Shown here: piece by piece, positions 9,256-19,837 of the stretch
Layout of the letters: each line of letters begins with the position of its first letter
Position numbering within the stretch: position 1 is the first letter of the stretch
Assembly (NCBI GenBank): GCA_965262915.1
Contig: OZ253564.1
Span: forward strand, 960,001 to 1,024,000
Direction of reading: 5' to 3'
DNA length: 64,000 nucleotides
Source: Candidatus Spongiisociaceae bacterium
GTDB lineage: Bacteria; Actinomycetota; Acidimicrobiia; Spongiisociales; Spongiisociaceae
Position numbers and translations under genes: made by a program
The notes under the pieces: model-generated
What the model was told of the DNA's origin: nothing
The model's input: only the letters and a program-made list of their open reading frames with translations
Databases searched by the model: none

Positions 9256-10109
9256 CAAACGTGGATAAGGCTAAGGCGCCCCGCCGCACACGCCTGAGAG
9301 ACCGCTGGCGTTCGACACGACTGCCCGGAAAGGTCGCTGCGCTGGTTCTGTTGGTCTACCTGGTTCTCGCCGTGGCGGGTCCATGGATCGTTCCCACCGA
9401 TCCGAACGAGACCGGGGCGGGACCGTTTCTCACCGGCCCTTCGGCGGCAAACCTCATGGGCACCGATGAGTTGGGAAGAGATCAGCTCAGCCGAGTGGTG
9501 AGTGCGGCCCGGGTTGCTGTTCTCGTCGCGGTGGAACCCATAGTCCTCGCGCTGCTCGTGGGAGGGGCGTTGGGAGTCATCGCCGGGTACGTGGGAGGAG
9601 TGATCGACTTCTTGATCGCCCGAGCGATGGACGTCATGTTCGGCTTCCCCACGATCCTGCTCGCCATCCTGCTGGTTGCCGCACTCGGACCGAGCCTGAA
9701 CAATGCAATGATCGCGATCGCGATCGTGTATGTCCCCCGATTCGCCCGCATGGCGCGTTCGTCGACGCTCACGGTGCGTCACCGTCCCTATATGGAGGCG
9801 GCTCAGCTTGCGAAGATCAGGCCCGTACGACGTGTCATCCGCCATGTCGTCCCCAACATCCTTACCCCCCTCATCGTGCTGGCCGCCCTCAGCATGTCGA
9901 CGGCGCAACTGTCCTACTCGACGTTGAGTTTCCTGGGTCTGGCGACCAGCCCTCCGCAGGCCGACTACGGAAGCATGCTTGCGAGGGCGACCAGTCTGTT
10001 GGGCGTGGCACCCTGGTTGGTCCTCTTTCCAGGCTTAGCTCTCGTGTTGTTCATCGTTATGCTCAACGTCGCCGGCGATGCCGTACGCGAGACGCTGGAG
10101 CCCACATAG
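9252..10109 (+). CDS. ABC permease (OppC/DppC-like)
   Basis: MGTDELGRD, RHVVPN, LSFLGL; ATGA overlap. Confidence 0.9.
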   Translation: MTNVDKAKAPRRTRLRDRWRSTRLPGKVAALVLLVYLVLAVAGPWIVPTDPNETGAGPFLTGPSAANLMGTDELGRDQLSRVVSAARVAVLVAVEPIVLALLVGGALGVIAGYVGGVIDFLIARAMDVMFGFPTILLAILLVAALGPSLNNAMIAIAIVYVPRFARMARSSTLTVRHRPYMEAAQLAKIRPVRRVIRHVVPNILTPLIVLAALSMSTAQLSYSTLSFLGLATSPPQADYGSMLARATSLLGVAPWLVLFPGLALVLFIVMLNVAGDAVRETLEPT

Positions 10110-10125
10110 AGATATGGAGTCCACA

Positions 10126-11106
10126 ATGAAGCGATTGAACGTTCTGTACTTCTCCCATCCGGACCCGACTCTCCTGACCGAGTGGCCCGGTCCGCTCGCC
10201 GATGCCATAAGTGACCGTCACGACATGCGCTTCTTCAACTACGACGAACCGGCCGAGCCACAGATAGCGGGAGTCGACGCGGTGGTGGCAATAGTCGGCA
10301 AGCCATTCGTCACCCACGACATGATCGATGTGGCCGCCGAGTTTGCCGGGCTCTGGCAGGTTTACGGCACCGGGCTCGATCATGCCGAAGTACCGTATCT
10401 CCGTTCCAAGGGGCTGCAGGTTGCCAACTGCCCCGGTCCCGGGAGTGCGGTGGCATTGGCGGAATGCGCCATGATGCACATGCTCATGCTCACCAAGCAG
10501 TACTCCCGGGCGCGGGCAAGTCTCGAAGAGGGCGTGCTCTACACCCCGTTCACCAACGAGCTGGAAGGTCAGAACCTGGTGATCGTGGGTTTCGGGGCCA
10601 GTGGCCGGGCTCTCGCCTATCGGGCCAAGTCCTTCGGTATGGCGATCCACGCGATCGACATCGTCGACCTCAGCGACGAAGACGCCGCGACATACGGCGT
10701 GGTGTTCTCCGGAGGTCCTGAGGACATCGACGATGTACTCGCCGAGGCCGACTACGTGTCACTCCATCTACACCTCACCGAAGAGACGCGGAACATCATC
10801 GATCGGCGGCGTTTGGGGTTGCTGAAGCCGTCGGCGATCGTGATCAATGTGGCGCGCGGGGAACTCATCGATGAGGCAGCGCTGGCAGAGGCACTTGTCG
10901 AGAACCGAATCGGTGGCGCGGGTATCGATGTGTACTCCGAAGAGCCACCTGACATGAGTGACCCTATCTTCGGGCTGAGCCATGTGACGACCACCCCGCA
11001 CAACGCCGGAGTCACTGACGGGACAGCGCGGCGACGGTCCGCCATGGTGGCTGAGAACTTGGATCGGATAGCGCAAGGTTTGGAACCCAACCACCTCGTA
11101 GGTTGA
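10126..11106 (+). CDS. D-2-hydroxyacid dehydrogenase family protein
   Basis: VGFGASG, INVARG, GIDVYSEEP, TPHNAG. Confidence 0.9.
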   Translation: MKRLNVLYFSHPDPTLLTEWPGPLADAISDRHDMRFFNYDEPAEPQIAGVDAVVAIVGKPFVTHDMIDVAAEFAGLWQVYGTGLDHAEVPYLRSKGLQVANCPGPGSAVALAECAMMHMLMLTKQYSRARASLEEGVLYTPFTNELEGQNLVIVGFGASGRALAYRAKSFGMAIHAIDIVDLSDEDAATYGVVFSGGPEDIDDVLAEADYVSLHLHLTEETRNIIDRRRLGLLKPSAIVINVARGELIDEAALAEALVENRIGGAGIDVYSEEPPDMSDPIFGLSHVTTTPHNAGVTDGTARRRSAMVAENLDRIAQGLEPNHLVG

Positions 11107-11131
11107 GAGTGATCGAGAACAGGAGACCGGG

Positions 11132-11902
11132 ATGATCAGAGAGCTCAAAAAGGCGTTGGCCCTCAAGAAGCGATTGTCAGAGGGGAAGGCCGTCATCGGC
11201 GCCCAGATCGGCTTCGACGACACGTCGATGGTCGAAATGCTCGCCAGGGCCGGCTTCGATTGGCTCGTCATCGATACCGAGCACGCCACTCATGATCTGG
11301 CGAGCGTCAAAGGCATGCTCCAAGCCGGTGTCCCCTGGGACGCCGTCGTCCTTGCCAGACCGCTGCGCATGGACAAAGAAGAGATACGTCGCTACCTGGA
11401 CATGGGATCGCCCGGAGTTCTGTGTCCTTTCATCGAGACCGGTGAGCAAGCTGCGAGTCTTGTCGCGGCGTGCCGCTATCCGCCTGCGGGGGTCCGTGGA
11501 TACGGACCGCGCCGGGGCGGCGTCTATGGATTCGATGCCGACGAGTACTTCGCGAAATCCAACGATGCGATGATCTGTATCCCGATCATCGAATCGCAGA
11601 AGGCGATCGGCAACATCGACGACATCGTGGCTGTGGACGGTATTACCGGCGTCATGATCGGGCCGATGGACTTGTCGATCGATCTCGGGGTCTTCTGCCA
11701 ATTCGAGAGCGACCGGTATGTGGAGGCGGTCCAGCAGGTCCGCGAAGCATGCGGGCGGCATGGCAAGGCCATGGGAACCGGGTGCTATAGCCTCGACCAC
11801 GCCAATGCTTGCCGGGCTCTTGGTGACCAGATCCTCCTGGCCGCCACCGATGAAGGGCTGATGAGGCAGGCTGCGGAAGGCGTCATCAAGAGTCTTCGCT
11901 GA
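11132..11902 (+). CDS. HpcH/HpaI aldolase family protein
   Basis: FDWLVIDTEH, YPPAGVRG, IES, IGPMDLS. Confidence 0.9.
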   Translation: MIRELKKALALKKRLSEGKAVIGAQIGFDDTSMVEMLARAGFDWLVIDTEHATHDLASVKGMLQAGVPWDAVVLARPLRMDKEEIRRYLDMGSPGVLCPFIETGEQAASLVAACRYPPAGVRGYGPRRGGVYGFDADEYFAKSNDAMICIPIIESQKAIGNIDDIVAVDGITGVMIGPMDLSIDLGVFCQFESDRYVEAVQQVREACGRHGKAMGTGCYSLDHANACRALGDQILLAATDEGLMRQAAEGVIKSLR

Positions 11903-11950
11903 GGTCGAGCCACCGGTGAACTCAGCGTTGGAGCGGAGCGCTGCCAAACC

Positions 11951-13051
11951 ATGACGACCATCCCCATTCGAGTCGGCGTCGTGGGTGCTGGGATCGGGGA
12001 AGAATATGTGGCCGCATTTCAACGGCTGCCCGAGGCCGAGGTGGCTGCCCTGTGTGCTCGCACGCACGATCGCATGGATGCGGTCGCCCGTAAGTATGGT
12101 GTAGCCCGCCGATACACGGACTATGTCGAGATGCTGGCGAACGAACGACTCGACGTTGTCGTCGTGGCTACGCCGAACCATCTCCATCATCCGATCACGA
12201 TGGCCGCACTCCATGCCGGAATCAACGTCGTGTGCGATAAGCCGCTTGCGCTCGACGTTCGCCAAGCGAGGGAGATGGTTCAAGGCGCCCGAGATGCGGG
12301 GGTGCGGCATCTTGTACCGTTTGTGTGGCGCTTCCTTCCGGCCGCTGCTTACGTCAAGGAGCTGGTGGATTCGGGCTTCGTCGGTACGCCCTATCACATC
12401 AACGCGCAGTACCTGAATCTGGGCTGGGGCGACATCCACGGCCCGATGCGCTGGTACTACGACAGGGCGCAAGCCGGCAGCGGAGCGCTGGGGAATCTTG
12501 GTTCGCACGCCATTGACCTGATCCACTGGTGGGTGGGGGAGTTCAGTCGCGTGACTGCACACCTCGGGACCGCCGTCAGGAAGCGATGGGCCGCCGATGG
12601 AAGAGGGCCATTCTCGGTCGAGGTCGACGACGTCTGTGCCCTCTTGGGAGAATCGGTTGGCGGAGCACAGGTCGTGTTGAACGCCAGCCTGGTGGCTCAA
12701 GTCGATCGTGTGAAGGTCGAGATCGGAGTCTACGGCAGCGAGGGTTCCTTGGTTCTCCACAACACCCTCAACGCCCCGGATGCCGCGGTCGGGCGCGTCT
12801 ATGGCATGAGTCGCGGGGACACCTCACCCCGGGCTCTGCGCGTCCCGGCTCGGTTGACTGCAGGTGCGTCCCGAGGTCCGACCGACCGGGCGCCTCTCCA
12901 CGGATGCTTCGATCAGATTGCCGCGGCGTTCGCGGATGCGGTCATACGAGGACACAAGGTCCATCCCGGCTTCGAGGCCGGCCTGGCTGTGCAGAGGGTC
13001 ATCGATGCCGTGCAGCGGTCGGCAAGGAACGGACAATGGGTGACGCCGTAA
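11951..13051 (+). CDS. Gfo/Idh/MocA-family oxidoreductase
   Basis: VGVVGAG, ATPNHLH, CDKPLA, GSGALGNLGSHAID. Confidence 0.9.
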   Translation: MTTIPIRVGVVGAGIGEEYVAAFQRLPEAEVAALCARTHDRMDAVARKYGVARRYTDYVEMLANERLDVVVVATPNHLHHPITMAALHAGINVVCDKPLALDVRQAREMVQGARDAGVRHLVPFVWRFLPAAAYVKELVDSGFVGTPYHINAQYLNLGWGDIHGPMRWYYDRAQAGSGALGNLGSHAIDLIHWWVGEFSRVTAHLGTAVRKRWAADGRGPFSVEVDDVCALLGESVGGAQVVLNASLVAQVDRVKVEIGVYGSEGSLVLHNTLNAPDAAVGRVYGMSRGDTSPRALRVPARLTAGASRGPTDRAPLHGCFDQIAAAFADAVIRGHKVHPGFEAGLAVQRVIDAVQRSARNGQWVTP

Positions 13052-13073
13052 CGGATCCGGAACCGGCTTCCGC

Positions 13074-13970
13074 CTATATCCGGTAGATGCGTTCGGCGTT
13101 GCTGCTGAAAAGAGAGCTTCGCTCAGCGTCCGAAAAACCTGCGCTGATCTCAGAGAACGCGTCGAAAACGGTGTCGTAGTCACTGTAGAGCCTGTCGACG
13201 GGGAAGTTGCTCGCAAACATGCACCGATCAACGCCGAATGTCTCGATGGTCTCGAGCACGATGGGGCGGATGCCGGCGACGGTCCAGGAATGGTCCACCA
13301 GCCCCAGGCCGGAGATCTTGACGGCGACATTCGACTGGTCGGCGAGCTTCCGCATGCCACTCCTCCAGAGTTCCATGCCTTCTTCGTCCCCGTCGATCGG
13401 CATCCCGGTGTGGTTCAGGATGATCTGCGTATCAGGGAAGGCTCCAGCGAGGTTCGCAGCATCTGGCATCTGGGCGGGATACAACTGAAGGTCGAACGAG
13501 AGATCGTACTTCTCGAGTAGCCCGAACCCACGACGCCAATCGGAGTCCGTCATGTAATCGGACCGGCTCGTAAAGCTCAGCACCGGGTCCTCGTGCCAGT
13601 TCAGCATCTGGCGGATGCCGCGGAAATTGGGAAACCGGGCGTGGGACGCTAGAAGTTGCTCGACATCGGCGTCTTCGAGGTGGGCTGCACCCACGATGCC
13701 ATGGGGGAACCCGTGCTCGTCGGCGGCGGCTTGGAGCCATTCGCTCTCCCCCGCCGGGTTCGACGGATCGAATTCGCACTGGATGTGGACCGACTTGATG
13801 ACGTTCTGGCTACCCGTATCCTTGAGATAGTCCTCTACGAGGTACGTGTGGGTAATTGAAGAGTAGTTCCCCACGATGGTGTCCAGGGGCTCGCCGGATA
13901 GCCACACGTAGTAGTACTTCTCGAGATCCCACAGGTGGTGATGGGGATCGACGATCGGCATGTCCGACAT
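13074..13970 (-). CDS. Amidohydrolase_2 family (sugar-lactonase/LigI-like)
   Basis: DPHHHLWD, ILNHTG, VKISG, MFASNFP. Confidence 0.88.
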   Translation of the reverse strand: MSDMPIVDPHHHLWDLEKYYYVWLSGEPLDTIVGNYSSITHTYLVEDYLKDTGSQNVIKSVHIQCEFDPSNPAGESEWLQAAADEHGFPHGIVGAAHLEDADVEQLLASHARFPNFRGIRQMLNWHEDPVLSFTSRSDYMTDSDWRRGFGLLEKYDLSFDLQLYPAQMPDAANLAGAFPDTQIILNHTGMPIDGDEEGMELWRSGMRKLADQSNVAVKISGLGLVDHSWTVAGIRPIVLETIETFGVDRCMFASNFPVDRLYSDYDTVFDAFSEISAGFSDAERSSLFSSNAERIYRI

Positions 13971-14370
13971 TGGTACTCCTCACAGCGGCATTAGGCAGCC
14001 TACCGCTCTCGAGCTCCCTCGTCTGGAGATCTGGGTACTAGCCAGTTTGCCGTAGCCCTTGTCGTCAGTCACCAGGAGCGTGTCTTCGGAGTTCTTCCCC
14101 CGACAAACCTGACGTGGCTACCTGAAGTGACCTGCCGCGGCAATATGCGCCACAGGTATGCCTTGCTCGGCGGCGCGGTGGACAATCGGGCGAAGCCCAT
14201 GGACTATCAATCGGGGGTTACCTTGACCGTCGAAGCCCCTCGATGGCGAAGGTGGGAATCTCCACTCCACCCAGGGTTCCCTACTCACGTCGACTCGGTT
14301 GCCCACATCCCGGCCGAGTACGTATAGCGGTCGCTACGATCTGCCCGGAATTGGCTAACGGAGCATACGA

Positions 14371-15351
14371 TTGGGATTGATGCACCAGGTGGTGAGCGAT
14401 CGCGAGATCCCCGTTTCGGTCCAGGCGGCAGTGAGAAGAACCTACGACTTCGAGTTGTCGGGCCTAACAGGAGCCCACCAAGCCGATGCCCTCATCGCGT
14501 CGGGGAATCTGGCAGTGACCGCCGATCTGATGGGGAGCTTGGCGGATCTCGCGGTCGTTTCTCGGACGGGGGTTGGATACGACAACGTGGATGTCGAGGC
14601 CGCCACCGACCTTGGGATAATGGTGTGCCTCGCCGTGGACGCACCCACGGTCTCCACTGCCGAGCACGCTCTGACCCTCGCTATGGCGGTGAGTAAGCGG
14701 CTTCTTCCGGCGCGGCGAGCACTGCTCGATGGTCGTCGCGATGTCTTCAACGACTTCGACGGGCTGGAGTTGAAAGGCGCCGTGATGGGCATCATTGGAT
14801 TGGGCCGGATCGGCAAGCATCTTGCAGTACTCAGCCGCGGTATCGGTATGCGGGTCCTCGCATATGATCCGTACCAGTCCGCAGACAGTTTCGTGCTGGC
14901 CGGCGTCGAGCAGGTGACGTTCGAGGAGTTGCTCTCCCAAAGCGACATTGTTTCGGTTCACGTCCCGTTGCGAACGGAGACCAGCGGCCTGATCGACAAG
15001 GCCGCACTCGCGAAGCTCCGCCGTGGAGCGATCGTGATAAACACGGCTAGGGGCGGGGTCGTGGACCACGCTGCCCTACTCGATGCCCTCGAGTCGGGTC
15101 GCTTGAGCGGCGCCGGCCTGGATGTGCTCGATTTCGAGGATCCGGTGGCGGACGAACTCATGGTCCACCCGAACGTTATGGCAACACCGCATATCGCGGG
15201 CGCTACGAGTGCCAGCCGTGAGCGGTTGTGGCTGACGGCGTTGACACAGGCCATCGACTCACTCGAGGGAGTGCAGCCGGCGGGCCTCCTCAACGTCGAC
15301 GTATGGGACAGGCATAAGGCTTCACTCGACAATAGGAGTATTGCCGGCTGA
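14371..15351 (+). CDS. D-3-phosphoglycerate dehydrogenase-like 2-hydroxyacid dehydrogenase
   Basis: GVGYDNVD, GLGRIG, INTARG, TPHIAG; start uncertain. Confidence 0.85.
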   Translation: MGLMHQVVSDREIPVSVQAAVRRTYDFELSGLTGAHQADALIASGNLAVTADLMGSLADLAVVSRTGVGYDNVDVEAATDLGIMVCLAVDAPTVSTAEHALTLAMAVSKRLLPARRALLDGRRDVFNDFDGLELKGAVMGIIGLGRIGKHLAVLSRGIGMRVLAYDPYQSADSFVLAGVEQVTFEELLSQSDIVSVHVPLRTETSGLIDKAALAKLRRGAIVINTARGGVVDHAALLDALESGRLSGAGLDVLDFEDPVADELMVHPNVMATPHIAGATSASRERLWLTALTQAIDSLEGVQPAGLLNVDVWDRHKASLDNRSIAG

Positions 15352-15452
15352 GTTGACTTCTCGCGCGGCGGGAAAGGAAAGAGGCTTCATCGGCATCGGC
15401 GGATTGCAGCAATCACGTACGAGATCGAATCGACAGAACTGGAGGAAACCCA

Positions 15453-15902
15453 ATGGTTGCCACCCGAATTGACCACGTATCCGTAACCGTGAGCGACATG
15501 GATCGTTCGTTGGCCTTCTACTGCGGCTTGCTAGGCCTTGAGCGATCCGGGAGCCACCGGCTGACCAGAGAACCTATCGTCACCATGACCAACAAGCCCG
15601 TGGTTGACATGCTCGTCGAGCGTCTTACCGCGCCCGGCGATCCGGAGTTCTTTGTCGACCTCCAGCAGTATGTCTTGCCGCCAGGTGGTGTTTCGAATGC
15701 GCGACTCGGAGACGTGGGCCATAGCCATATCAGCTTCCTCGTGGATGACATGGACGCAGTGGTTGCCAGCCTGACGGAAGCCGGTGTGGAGTTTGTCAGT
15801 TCTCCCGTCCACTTCGATCTCGAGGATACAGGTGCTCTCAGTGCAGTCTTCTTCTATGACCCCGACGGGTATGCCCTAGAGCTGATGCATTACAAGCGTT
15901 AG
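15453..15902 (+). CDS. VOC/glyoxalase family protein
   Basis: IDHVSVTVSDMDRSLAFY, HISF, DPDGYALEL; GGAGG RBS. Confidence 0.9.
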   Translation: MVATRIDHVSVTVSDMDRSLAFYCGLLGLERSGSHRLTREPIVTMTNKPVVDMLVERLTAPGDPEFFVDLQQYVLPPGGVSNARLGDVGHSHISFLVDDMDAVVASLTEAGVEFVSSPVHFDLEDTGALSAVFFYDPDGYALELMHYKR

Positions 15903-15991
15903 AGCAATGCTGGAACAATGACGATTGCGATAGGCCCGTCACTCGCTGACCTGGCATTTTGACGTCGGCCGACGGGCCGCAGGTGGATTGG

Positions 15992-18373
15992 TCAGCACTC
16001 TCCTAGTCCGAAGCGTCTCCTCAAGGCAGAGGCTGCTGCTTCGGCTGTGCGTATGTACCTCAGCAGTTTCTCGGGCTGGAGAGGCATCTCGGTGATGCGG
16101 AGATCCAGCGGATGGAGAGCGTCCTCGACGGCATTGACAATGGCGGCGGGAGCACCCACCGTCCCCCCCTCGCCGCAGCCCTTGATCCCCAGTTCGTTCA
16201 GCGGGGTGGGAAACTCCTGGTGGTGCACCTCGATGGGCGGAACGTCGAGGGCGCGTGGTAAGCGATAGTCGACGAAGCTGCTGGTTTGGAGGTTTCCGAC
16301 TTCGTCGTAGATCGCTTCCTCGGACAGCGCGTTGCCGATTCCGTGGACGACGCCGCCGACGATCTGGCCTTCGACTACGGCGGGGTTGATGATGTTGCCC
16401 GCGTCGTGGACGATGACGTAGCGGTCGAGCGTTACGTGTCCGGTGTCGCGATCCACCTCGACCGTGGCGATGTGGGTTCCCGACGACCAGGTAACGGTGG
16501 GGGAGGCGAAGTAGTTGATCGCCTCCAGCCCGGCTTCCGTCCCCTGCGAGGAGTCCGCGCCGGGAATCCGGTGGCCTGTCCGTGCGACCTCGGCGAGGGT
16601 CATGATCTCTCTGCCGGACCCGTCACGGACCGCCCCGTCGACGATCGTGAGCAGGGAAGGATCGAGACCGTGGATGCGGGCTGCGATGCCGATCGCCTTG
16701 TCTCGGAGTTTTCTGGCGGCGCCATCGATCGCCATGCTGCCGGTTACCGCAGTCCGGCTGGCGAACGTTCCTCCACCTTGGCTGATCAGGGCGGTGTCGC
16801 CGTCCCGGAGCGAGATCGAATCGATATCGACACCCAGCGCATCGGCGCACACTTGGGCGAGGGTGGTCTCGTGGCTCTGGCCGTGGTTGTTCGAACCGCT
16901 GAGGATCGTCACCGCCCCCGTACCGTCGACCCTGACGATGGCACCTTCGGGAGGACCGAAACCGGTTCCCTCCATGTGAGCGGCTATTCCGATGCCGACA
17001 TGGCGGCCCTCGGCCCGTGAGCCGGCCTGGCGAGTCCGGAAGTCCTCGTAGCCGATCGCCTCCAGAGCCATCTCGAGCTGGGCGGGAAAGTCTCCGCTGT
17101 CGTACACCGACGGTTTGCCGTCGCGGTAGGGCACCCCGGTGTCGAAGGGCATCGCATCGGAAGGAATGAGGTTGATCCTCCTTACCTCGGCCGGGTCTAG
17201 GTCGAGTCGGCGGGCGACCCTCTCCAGTACCCGTTCGATCACGAAGGCGGCCGTGACCCGGCCGGCGCCGCGGGCGGGGGCGTTAGGCGTCTTGTTGGTG
17301 ATCACGCAGGTCGCCTCGGCCTCGTAGTTGTCGATCCGGTACTGGCTCCGCAGGTGCGAGATGGTGTTGTACGGCACCACCAGCCCGTAGAAGTTGGCTA
17401 TCCCCATGTCGACGAGGATGCGGTCCCGGAGCGCCAGGATCCGGCCCCGGCGATCGAACCCCGCCTCGACATCATGGATCTGATCGCGTGCATGCCGGGC
17501 GTTCACCAGGTTCTCCGCCCGGTCCTCGATCCAGCGCACCGGACGACCGATCCGGCGGGCCAGGTAGGGAATCAGGATGTCCTCGTAGTAGACGCCGCCA
17601 CCGAAGCTGCCGCCCATATCGGGGCAGATAACCCGGATGCGGTCCTCGGCCAGTCCGAGAATCCCGCCGATCACCTTGCGGGCGAGATGCTGCATCTGGG
17701 TGGCGGACCATACGGTGAGTTCGTCACTCTCCGGATCGAACCGGGCGAGCACGGCTCTGGTTCCCAGCGGGCTCCCGATCTGCCGCCGGATGGTGAACCG
17801 GAAGGCGGCGGTGTGCTCGGCGGTGCCGAGGGCCACGTCGACATCCCCCACCGCGACCGAAACCCGGCTCTGGACGTTGTTGCCGAGTTCGTCGTGGATG
17901 ACGGGTGCATCGGGATGCAACCCGGATTCGGGATCCAGAACCGGATCCAGAGGCTCGTAGTCGATCGAGATGAGGCGCTCGGCGTCCTCCGCCAGGTAGC
18001 GGTTCTCAGCCACGACCAGGGCGATCGGCTCGCCGACCCTCCTCACCCGTTCGCCGGCGAGGAGCGGGACATCGTGCGCCTTCTCCACCGGTAGGAGCAG
18101 GTCGGCGAAAGCAGCGGGTGAGCGGTGGTAGGGCCGGTAGGTACCGACGTCGGTCAGGTCAGCGGCGGTGACCACGTCTACGACCCCCGGTGCCCGGAGC
18201 GCCGCAGAAACGTCGATGCTCCTGATCAGCGCGTGGGCGTGGGGGCTGCGCTTGACGACCGCTTCGAGGATGTCCGGTAGGCGAATATCGGACACGAAGC
18301 AGGCCGTGCCCTTGAGGAACCTCTCGTCCTCCCGACGGAGAACCGGCTTGCCGAAGCTCGGACTGCGGGTCAT
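15992..18373 (-). CDS. Xanthine dehydrogenase-family molybdopterin large subunit (CoxL-like, probably not CO dehydrogenase)
   Basis: RREDERFL, MGGSFGG, PARGAGR, HGQSHET, GIKGCGEGG; ATG 18373 overlaps the small-subunit stop. Confidence 0.9.
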   Translation of the reverse strand: MTRSPSFGKPVLRREDERFLKGTACFVSDIRLPDILEAVVKRSPHAHALIRSIDVSAALRAPGVVDVVTAADLTDVGTYRPYHRSPAAFADLLLPVEKAHDVPLLAGERVRRVGEPIALVVAENRYLAEDAERLISIDYEPLDPVLDPESGLHPDAPVIHDELGNNVQSRVSVAVGDVDVALGTAEHTAAFRFTIRRQIGSPLGTRAVLARFDPESDELTVWSATQMQHLARKVIGGILGLAEDRIRVICPDMGGSFGGGVYYEDILIPYLARRIGRPVRWIEDRAENLVNARHARDQIHDVEAGFDRRGRILALRDRILVDMGIANFYGLVVPYNTISHLRSQYRIDNYEAEATCVITNKTPNAPARGAGRVTAAFVIERVLERVARRLDLDPAEVRRINLIPSDAMPFDTGVPYRDGKPSVYDSGDFPAQLEMALEAIGYEDFRTRQAGSRAEGRHVGIGIAAHMEGTGFGPPEGAIVRVDGTGAVTILSGSNNHGQSHETTLAQVCADALGVDIDSISLRDGDTALISQGGGTFASRTAVTGSMAIDGAARKLRDKAIGIAARIHGLDPSLLTIVDGAVRDGSGREIMTLAEVARTGHRIPGADSSQGTEAGLEAINYFASPTVTWSSGTHIATVEVDRDTGHVTLDRYVIVHDAGNIINPAVVEGQIVGGVVHGIGNALSEEAIYDEVGNLQTSSFVDYRLPRALDVPPIEVHHQEFPTPLNELGIKGCGEGGTVGAPAAIVNAVEDALHPLDLRITEMPLQPEKLLRYIRTAEAAASALRRRFGLGEC

Positions 18374-18867
18374 GGGTCCATCCGTCCTGACTTGCATCGA
18401 GCTGCCTGGATAGCCGCGCTGACGATGGTCTGGTAGCCGGTGCATCGGCACAGATTCCCGCTGAGGCGATGCCGGATCTCGTCTTCGGCAGGAGGTTCGG
18501 GTCCCGCGTGGTTCTGTAGGAGCGAGAACAGATTCACGAGGACGCCGGGGGTACAGAACCCACACTGGAGAGCGAAGTTCTCGTGAAAAGCAGTCTGCAG
18601 GTCGACCATGGTGCGGTCACCGTCCAGCCCTTCGAGGGTGGTGATCGATCGGCCCTCGGTCTGGAGGGCGAAGATCAAGCACGATGTGGCCGGCTCGCCG
18701 TCGACGAGCACCATGCAGCCCCCGCACGTCCCTTCCTCGCATCCGAGGTGGATGCTCCGCATCTCGATCCGGTCCCGCAGAACGTCGGCGAGCAGCATGC
18801 GGGGTTCGATAACGAGGGTATGTTCGGTGCCGTTGACACGCAGCGTGACGGGTACGGACTCGTTCAT
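18370..18867 (-). CDS. 2Fe-2S small subunit (CoxS-like)
   Basis: GCEEGTCGGC, QCGFCTPG, NLCRCTGY. Confidence 0.93.
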   Translation of the reverse strand: MNESVPVTLRVNGTEHTLVIEPRMLLADVLRDRIEMRSIHLGCEEGTCGGCMVLVDGEPATSCLIFALQTEGRSITTLEGLDGDRTMVDLQTAFHENFALQCGFCTPGVLVNLFSLLQNHAGPEPPAEDEIRHRLSGNLCRCTGYQTIVSAAIQAARCKSGRMDP

Positions 18868-19736
18868 GACCGGCCCGCGGACGCCCTCGCCAGTGCCGAC
18901 CGGAGCGCTCTGGCCACCACGACCGGCGCCACCCAGCGCCGGTAATCCTCCGATCCGTGGATGTCGCCCACCGGAGCTATATCCTTCTCTACGGCTGCGG
19001 CCATCGCCTCGATGTCCGAGCCGGCGGGGCTGCCCATGAGGGCGACCTCGACCGATGGTGCCCTACATGGGGTTGCGGCCAGGCCGATGAGCGCCACCCG
19101 GGCACTCTCGACGTGAGAACCGTCGAGGGTGACGACCGCGGCCGCCCCGGCCACTGCCGGGTCACCGTGCCGCGGCGCTACCTCGGCAAAAGCCGCGCCC
19201 GATCGGGAGCCGGGCAGTTCGAGCGTCACCATGGTGATCAGCTCGGAACTCGCCAGGCTGGTCGAGTAGGGGCCGGTGAACAGTCGGTCGATCCCTACCG
19301 GCCGGGGCTCGGTCGGTCCCGCGACGTGGCATATCCCGTCGAGCACGAGGGCGACCGCGCTCCATTCGGCGTCGGGGTCGGCGTGCGCCAGGCTCCCGAC
19401 CACGGTACCCATCGTCCGGACCGGATAGTGTCCGATGTGAGCGGCTGCGTCCGTTATCAGAGCGTGTCCCCGGTCGGCGGCCCAGCGCTCGAGCGATCGG
19501 TGGGTCACCATGGCGCCGAGCGAGAGGGTACGGTGGCCGTCGAAGGAGATATCGTGCATCCCGTCGATCCTTCGGAGGTCAACCAGCACCTCCGGTTCGA
19601 CCAGGCGGTGGCGAAGCATCGGGATGAGGCTCTGCCCCCCCGCCAGGACCCGGCCCCTGCCACCCGCCTCGGCCAGCATCCCGGTAGCCTCGTGGACGGT
19701 GGTCGGCGCGGCGTATCGCAGAGGCGGTGGCTTCAT
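18864..19736 (-). CDS. FAD-binding medium subunit (CoxM-like)
   Basis: LAGGQSLIP, GTVVGSLAHADP, DIHGSEDYR. Confidence 0.92.
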   Translation of the reverse strand: MKPPPLRYAAPTTVHEATGMLAEAGGRGRVLAGGQSLIPMLRHRLVEPEVLVDLRRIDGMHDISFDGHRTLSLGAMVTHRSLERWAADRGHALITDAAAHIGHYPVRTMGTVVGSLAHADPDAEWSAVALVLDGICHVAGPTEPRPVGIDRLFTGPYSTSLASSELITMVTLELPGSRSGAAFAEVAPRHGDPAVAGAAAVVTLDGSHVESARVALIGLAATPCRAPSVEVALMGSPAGSDIEAMAAAVEKDIAPVGDIHGSEDYRRWVAPVVVARALRSALARASAGRS

Positions 19737-19837
19737 GTGGTTAGAGTGTCCGATCGGGGAGCAGCAGCCATCCGTCGAGGAGGCTGATCTTCATGGTAAC
19801 GCCGCTCCGAGGCGCCGTATAACGAGAGGTATGGCAG

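Noticed and set aside
11177-12760. Long antisense ORFs (also 22545-24029, 25118-26161, 31117-32334, 45234-46463, 57153-58313)
   Set aside because: These are shadows of well-supported genes in high-GC DNA and carry no motifs.
15992-19736. Aerobic CO dehydrogenase (coxMSL)
   Set aside because: The active-site loop is PARGAGR, not AYxCSFR (form I) or AYRGAGR (form II), and no coxDEFG genes are present.
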